This document shows, one piece after another, positions 57,640 to 64,000 of a stretch of 64,000 nt of DNA. The translations under genes were made by a program, and so were the position numbers. The notes beneath the pieces were generated by a model, which saw only the letters and a program-made list of their open reading frames with translations, was not told the DNA's origin and did no database searches. Source of the DNA: Bugula neritina (lineage: Eukaryota > Animalia > Bryozoa); assembly GCA_964035545.1 (NCBI GenBank), contig OZ037766.1:10034722-10098721 (forward strand), written 5' to 3'. Position 1 is the stretch's first letter, and every line of letters starts with the position of its first letter.

Positions 57640-60600
57640 GTTACTCTCCTTGTATATCACTATTATCTCTCGTCTTCAAATGCTCACTTATACTACTGTC
57701 TAGATTTTCTTCCACAAACAACTTGTCTCCACTAACCAATGAGGCTATTCAAAAATGATACAGAAATGCAGTCACCTTGACTGCACACCAACTGTTTGAA
57801 CGCTGTATAACTCCAACTTGAGGTTCTAGCTTCATATTGAATAGTTTAACCTTTTATAGTGTAGCATGCATAAAAATAGCAACAATAATACTTCATAACT
57901 AAAACATTTAAGGTAAAAATATATGTAAGCAAAAAATACTATCTCAGTTGAACAGTTTTAGCCCGTATTATAAAGCTATCCTTATAACCAACGTTGGATA
58001 TAATGCTTTAAGCATATGCTGAATATATTTGCAGTTAGGCTTTTTAATAGTAAAATCCTTTAGGAAAGATTAAACCAGCATAAGATTTAACTTACACTTC
58101 CCATCTTTCATTCTGCCACTTTTAGAGGCACTCATCATGGCTCTTACAGCTAAAAGACAATATTAAGGCATCACCTAACCATTTGTGTAACAGGTACTTC
58201 TATTTACCATAATATTAGCTCAAAAAATATGCCATCTTCAGTACAAGCTGCCATTTTATGGAGATAGAACATAGAAGTCTCTTTTAGAGTAAAGTAAAAG
58301 TAAGATCATATTTTTATTTCTCACAAACTAGTTAAAATATGTGTAATCTAAGATAAAATATAAATATATCAACTTATGATATATTTTATGAGGCTGTTAC
58401 TTACTGATTGGGCTCGGAGAGCAGCCAATTCTGCTCAAGTTTATCTTCTGTGAGGGACGCAGATAACTCGCTAAATCAGGACTAGCAGCAATTTGAAGGT
58501 TTTCTAATCCATTAAGAATCTTAGTAGATTTTCTACGACTACTCTTTGCAGATCTGGAAGCTATGTCTAAATATGGAGAAGCGTATAATGACGTAACAGC
58601 AACACAATCGCTAGCACACTATTGACAACACGGCTACCAATCTCTTAGTTATTATCACAAGAAATGTTGGCTAGATCAGAGATGTAGTTAGAAAACATGA
58701 TTACAACAGCTTCTTACTACACCATACACTTAGATTTTAATATTATAGAAGTATTACAGCAGTTTTGTAATTGCAAAGTTTGGTTCCAATGCTGCCATAA
58801 CAGTCTTAGTATGGATGCCCATTGCCAGTGAAATAATCATCACTTGCAGTAAATAAAGATTTACTATACTATTGGGCAACTTTTTTTCCAGAATCAGTTT
58901 TACAACATGTTAAAATAACAAACCCCCTTCCCCCCACTTTTATTTACTGCATGCTTTTTTACAAAGAAATCCTATCAATTATCCATGCTTGTTTATGGAT
59001 GTAACAATGGTAAACTAAAAAATCTAGCTTAATTAACTAAATGTTTCTTAGGTTGACAGATGATAAAAAAGGCAACTTTCAATATATTTTCTAGAAAAAG
59101 TTTTATGAAAAAACTTTGTGTGTGAATATGAGAAATCATGAAAAAAGTTACTAGAAGTGCAACCGGGGCTAAATAAGTTTGCATTGAGCTAATAAGTAGA
59201 ATGGCAAGTTTAAAAATTTAATATTTAAAATATATTTTACTTTATTGATTTTTAAATCACATACAAATTAACTTGATTACACACAAAATCTATAAATTTA
59301 AAATTTATTAAAATAATTAAGTGTAAAGTTTGATTTCATTAGATGAGCCTTCTGTAGTCCACATTCAACACACACCAGAAATTTGTGAATTCTATTGTAA
59401 AGTAATTACATAGTAAGTGAGAAATAGCATCGGATGCTATTTGTACAAGTACACTTACTTTTAAATTTAGTTTGGGATCTGGCTGGCGTGACAGACAATC
59501 TGCTCTCAAAAGTCTTCTCTATGGTGCTTCTGCGGAGAGAATACGTTCTCTCAGGAATCTGTAAAATGTTTTAGCGACTCAAGTAAAGTGTTAATTCATC
59601 AAGGTTTCAGAAGAAAAGTCGTGTCATTTCTTTATTGAAAACAGGTATTAGCTGCATCTATAAACTAGGTCCCTTCAGGATTTGCAATAACATTGATTTA
59701 AAGAAAAATAATATATGTTGCTATGAATAATGAATCACTAATGATATGCAAAGGAATAGGAATTAAGATATACTATTTACTTGTATATATAATATACAAG
59801 TAAATAGTATAGTATAGTATAGTATATATATAATATACAAAACCTGTAAAGCCTGAGCAATCGCTTCTTCTTTCTCTGCAATTAAATAGCATAACCCAGA
59901 GTTAAACAAGTTACTTCTTACATAGGCTACATTGTAATTTATACCTACAGGGAAAGACAACTTCAGTAGAAAACACGATGAAAGTAAAGTTGCTGCATCT
60001 TTATCTGAATAATAAGACTCACTTAGCTGTGGGCTGTCCATAGATTGGAGCTGTTTCAAATTTGCTCTAAAGGCTGCAAACTTAGAAGTGGCCTGAGGCT
60101 TGACGACTTTTTTCTACAAACACGATAACAAAACTTGGTTATGCATGCATTTCCTCTCACATGCAGACCAAATACAGGAACTTCTACCGCTTGATATTCA
60201 CCAAGTAACCAGATTAGACCCATAGACCTCATGCTAGACTATCCTCTATGCTAGTTTTACAAGAAGAAAGCATTTAAAAATTTATGAGGAAACATCTGAA
60301 ATATTCAGTAATAGCATTACACATATAGGCACACACAAGAACATTTAATAGGTGGAAACAGACTAGAGAAGGAAAGCTGGTAATAGTAAGCATCAATCTT
60401 GTCATAACTATTTACTGTATTATAAAAGCTGCATAGCAGATATTAAATGCCAGTCTCACTAACAAATGCTATTAAAGTACCTTCACAGCTTTGATTTTCT
60501 TAACAACAACTGGACTATTTTCTTTTTTCCAACCAGCTTCCTGTAGTTTAGCCAGCTTATCAAACTTGGCCAACACATCTTCAACCTTAAACAACCAAAG

Positions 60601-62745
60601 ACAAACAACTGACCATTTAAAGTACAATACTCAGATACAGTTTAATGTTATTTTTCAATACTTTCAACTTTCCTTGTTTATGAAGTTAAAGGCTTCCCTT
60701 TACAAAAGAGGCACAAACGGTGATGACTGTAACTGACAAGTAGCTTGCATTAAAGAAACAGCACTGATGAAAGAAACAGAAGCAAATACAGGTTTATGAA
60801 AACACATTGTTATATCACCTACCTGAAAGTAGATCATATCCCAAAACCCATCCAAATCTTCAACCAGAACTCGCTTTTCTCCGACATTGTCTTCACATTT
60901 CTTAATCAATCCAGAAAACTGCTTGAATCGTTCAGCTATAATTAATCTGGCTTGACACGAAACAGATCTGATTTCGCCATGAACTACAAGTATAACCTAG
61001 GAACTATAAGTATAACCTAGGAACTATAAGTATAACCTAGGAACTACAAGTATAACCTAGGATCTATAAGTATAACCTAGGAACTATAAGTGTAATACAC
61101 ATGTATATGAAATCAACCACAACATTTACTTGACTGGTCTTGGCTAACAAATAACATTAAAAAACCCTTATTTTATATACAACTTTCCTGTCCGGCATGT
61201 ATTTCTTGGATTTAGCTAAATTTGATATATTAAACATATTTGATTTTAAATCATTAGAAACCTGGTAAAAAGTTGGGAAAAACAAATAAACTTATTGTTC
61301 ATTCTAATTATGCACAGCCAAGGTATACAAGAAAGGAAAGCCCAACAAAACATGATCTCAAAAACCATTTTGATGTATGAGAAGTAAAATACCATCGTCA
61401 CAGAGTTCAGTATTCTCATTGAGTTGATCCCATTGGGCTGCTAGAGACTCTAATCTATCTGCATTAGTTTGCACAAGGTGCTTGAAGTAGTTCACATCTT
61501 TTAGGGGCTCACCTAGAAATTAGCCAGTAAAAACTAGATGAAGCCACATAGCTTTAGTACTCAATTCTAGGTGTGTGTGCGTGCATGCGTGTGTGTATGT
61601 GTGTGTGCGTGTGTGTATGTGAAAGAAAGGAAACTATGTGACTTATGGATGAAGCAAAATTTTGAAACTTTTTGACCTAATACGTAGAATTCCTTGACTA
61701 ATGAAATTGCTAAAATCATTGACTTGACAATTTTGACTGACTTGCTGCAACTATTTGAAATTCCTACAAATGAAAGCTAGAGATCACCCCATTCAGTATT
61801 TCTATTTTCTTTCTAATTTGTCTCGTAGTGAGGCGTAACACAAGAGCTCAGTTCACACCATGACACACAATTATTTTATATACCATATATTGTGTAAAAC
61901 TCATGTTATCAATTCAACCTGTATTCTCAGAGATGATTTGCTCGACTACCCTAGACTCTGCAGGACTTTGGTTCGCAACTGGACTTTGCTTCAATCTATT
62001 CTCATCTTGTATAAACTCATCCTGTAGAAAAAAAGTTTTATAAAAAGATTTAGATGAAAATTGTGAAAAAAAAACATACTAAAGCATTAAACATTTGATA
62101 ATACCACCATTGTTTTACATGCCAGGCAAAGTCGCCACAGATAAACCTAGCGACTATACTGAAGAGTTATAGCGATGACAAAACTATATTTAATATTGCC
62201 AACTTATAGAGGTAGCCAAGTGCACTTGTTTAAATATCAAGTCAAGAACAATACTTATTTTCTTTGAGCCAGTGCATAAAAAGCAATTGAAAAGATTACA
62301 TAAAATAAAACTTAGCTACCATAAAATTAAATACCTCTGTCTCAGTAGATGGTGCCTTGGGTTTTGCAGCAGTAGCTTTCCTATGTTTTATAACTGGTGC
62401 TTTTGATGCCTTTCCAGTTTTGTGTGTTTTTTGCATTGTCCTCACTGGAATTGTATATACGACAACATATCTATGACTGTAGTAATGCAACGAAGAGCGT
62501 ATTGTAATTTTGAAATTTAAAAGATGAAACACTTTATCCAAATGCATTCAAGTACTTACATCTATTTTTTGTTTCTAGTTGTCTCGCTCTGGCCTATAAA
62601 TAAAAAATACCATGATTAGTTTTTAATCAGAAATCAAATTAAACATTTTTTACAAATCTAATGAAGTTGTGTTACTTACAGACTTTGTTGACTGCATATA
62701 GCGAGGCAGAGACTTGGCCTGCTCCCACACTTCTTCTAGTGGCAT
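57640..62745 (-). CDS. DLGAP5: DLGAP5/HURP/Mars-like GKAP-domain spindle protein; 3' end approximate
   Basis: Exons 61393-61512, 60824-60983, ~60481-60585 give KDVNYFKHLVQTNADRLESLAAQWDQ..VHGEIRSVSCQARLIIAERFKQFSGLIKKCE..EDLDGFWDMIYFQVEDVLAKFDKLAKLQEAGW (GKAP domain). Proposed start MPLEEVWEQAKSLPRYMQSTKS at 62745. Orthology versus other GKAP-domain genes is inferred. Confidence 0.75.
60981..61091. repeat. 20-bp tandem repeat x5.5 (GAACTAYAAGTATAACCTAG) overlapping a DLGAP5 splice acceptor
   Basis: Directly visible. Confidence 0.95.
61571..61621. repeat. Imperfect (GT)n microsatellite
   Basis: GTGTGTGTGCGTGCATGCGTGTGTGTATGTGTG.. Confidence 0.85.
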
Positions 62746-62919
62746 ACTTGATCTTGCAACCACAAAGAAATTAAATAAATATATAAATATTAAAATCAAA
62801 TATTTAATTTTAAAATTGTAATATTATAATAATAAATGAACATTTATATTAAATTAATATTATAATTACATTTTATCAATAATTTCAATTTGCTTTAAAA
62901 TCACTAAAAAGCTAAAAGT

Positions 62920-63435
62920 ATCAGTATAACTATAAGTCTAAGTATAACTATAATTATAAGTAGTTTACTTTTACTCTTAGTACTATATAATAATAATATA
63001 AGTTATAACTATATTTATATTATTATTCATTAAATATCAAAATTACTAATACAGTAATGAGTAAATAATTAATAGTAAATCACTAAATGTAATACTAATA
63101 GTATTACTATTACTATTAGTATAGTAGTAATTGCATAGTAAGTAAGTAGTAGCAAAGTACTTAGTAGTATAGCAGTATTACTAGTAGTAGTACGTACTAG
63201 TAGTATAGTTATAGTAATACTATTAGTATTAGTATTAGTATTACTATTAGTATTACTAGTAAATATTAGTATTACTATTACATTTAGTTTTACTATTACA
63301 TTTACTATTAATTTATACTATTAGTATTACTATTAGCATTACTATTAGTATTAGTATTACTATTAGTATTAGTATAACTATAAGTATAAGATTAAGTATT
63401 AGTATAAGTATTAGTATCACTATCAGTATGAGTAT
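62920..63435. repeat. Low-complexity TAGTAT/TACTAT tract upstream of the DLGAP5 coding start
   Basis: Directly visible; same type as the 9080-9860 tract. Confidence 0.85.
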
Positions 63436-63643
63436 ATTTTCATTTTCAATTTTTAGATAAAATCATAACATATTCATATAATAATATAAGATATAAGTAC
63501 TGTATATGTATAGATTAGGGCTGATACTAATAATAGATAAAGCACTTTGCAGACCTTGAATAATCAATAGTATCACAATGATTGATGAATATTCTGCACT
63601 TCCAGTGGTAAAAGTATTTGTTATTGAATTTATAAAAGCGAAT

Positions 63644-63669
63644 ATTTGACTTTCGCGCTTTTGCCCGCA
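63644..63669. promoter_or_regulatory. Candidate E2F/DREAM promoter element of DLGAP5
   Basis: ATTTGACTTTCGCGC followed by TTTGCCCGC: an E2F site TTTCGCGC adjoining a CHR-like TTTGAC, upstream of a mitotic gene. Confidence 0.4.
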
Positions 63670-64000
63670 GTGTTAGTGTTACGATCATAAATTTTACTTT
63701 GTACAAATTAACTTTGTAAATATTAGTAATTAAATAAATTTTTTATGTATTATTTATTATTTAATAAAAAATTATTTAATAAATATTATTTTCACTATTA
63801 GAATGGCGAATGGTTTGAAGTCACTGTAACATTGCAAAGGGCAGATAACTATGACCCTACTTTATGCTTTATAGTTTGATTAATGAAGCATAAATACGTT
63901 TTAGTATGTACAAAATAATAATAGATAAATATATATTAATAATAGAGTAATTTTTGCACATCTTGGTACTACTTGTAGGCATTGATTTCGTAATTTCGAA

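Noticed and set aside
60981-61091. CRISPR-like array
   Set aside because: Contiguous units with no spacers, in a eukaryotic intron, and no cas genes.

Overview
AT-rich, intron-rich eukaryotic (invertebrate metazoan) genomic DNA, not prokaryotic; most entries in the ORF track are exon fragments or noise. Gene order by manual splicing: 3' part of an SLCO/OATP transporter (+), DET1 (-), NOL8 (+, head-to-head with DET1), GAK/auxilin (+), a ~16 kb accessory block, then a compact DLGAP5/HURP-like gene (-). The accessory block holds an intact, spliced cGAS-like receptor (cGLR, Mab-21-fold nucleotidyltransferase, ~350 aa, catalytic motifs intact, no Zn-ribbon) with a consensus NF-kB site just upstream. 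It is bracketed by two direct-orientation copies (5.3 and 4.8 kb) of a non-autonomous TTAA/TIR DNA transposon. That transposon carries a decayed KolX-like (P2X7-ballast-type) exon and is therefore Kolobok-like. The second copy is nested inside a separate ~0.94 kb TIR element with an ATTT target duplication. This nesting indicates independent insertions rather than delivery of the cGLR as cargo, but leaves the immune gene inside a 15.5 kb composite-transposon-like unit. Several MITEs, microsatellites and tandem repeats sit in introns. All family assignments are from recalled motifs; no searches were run.
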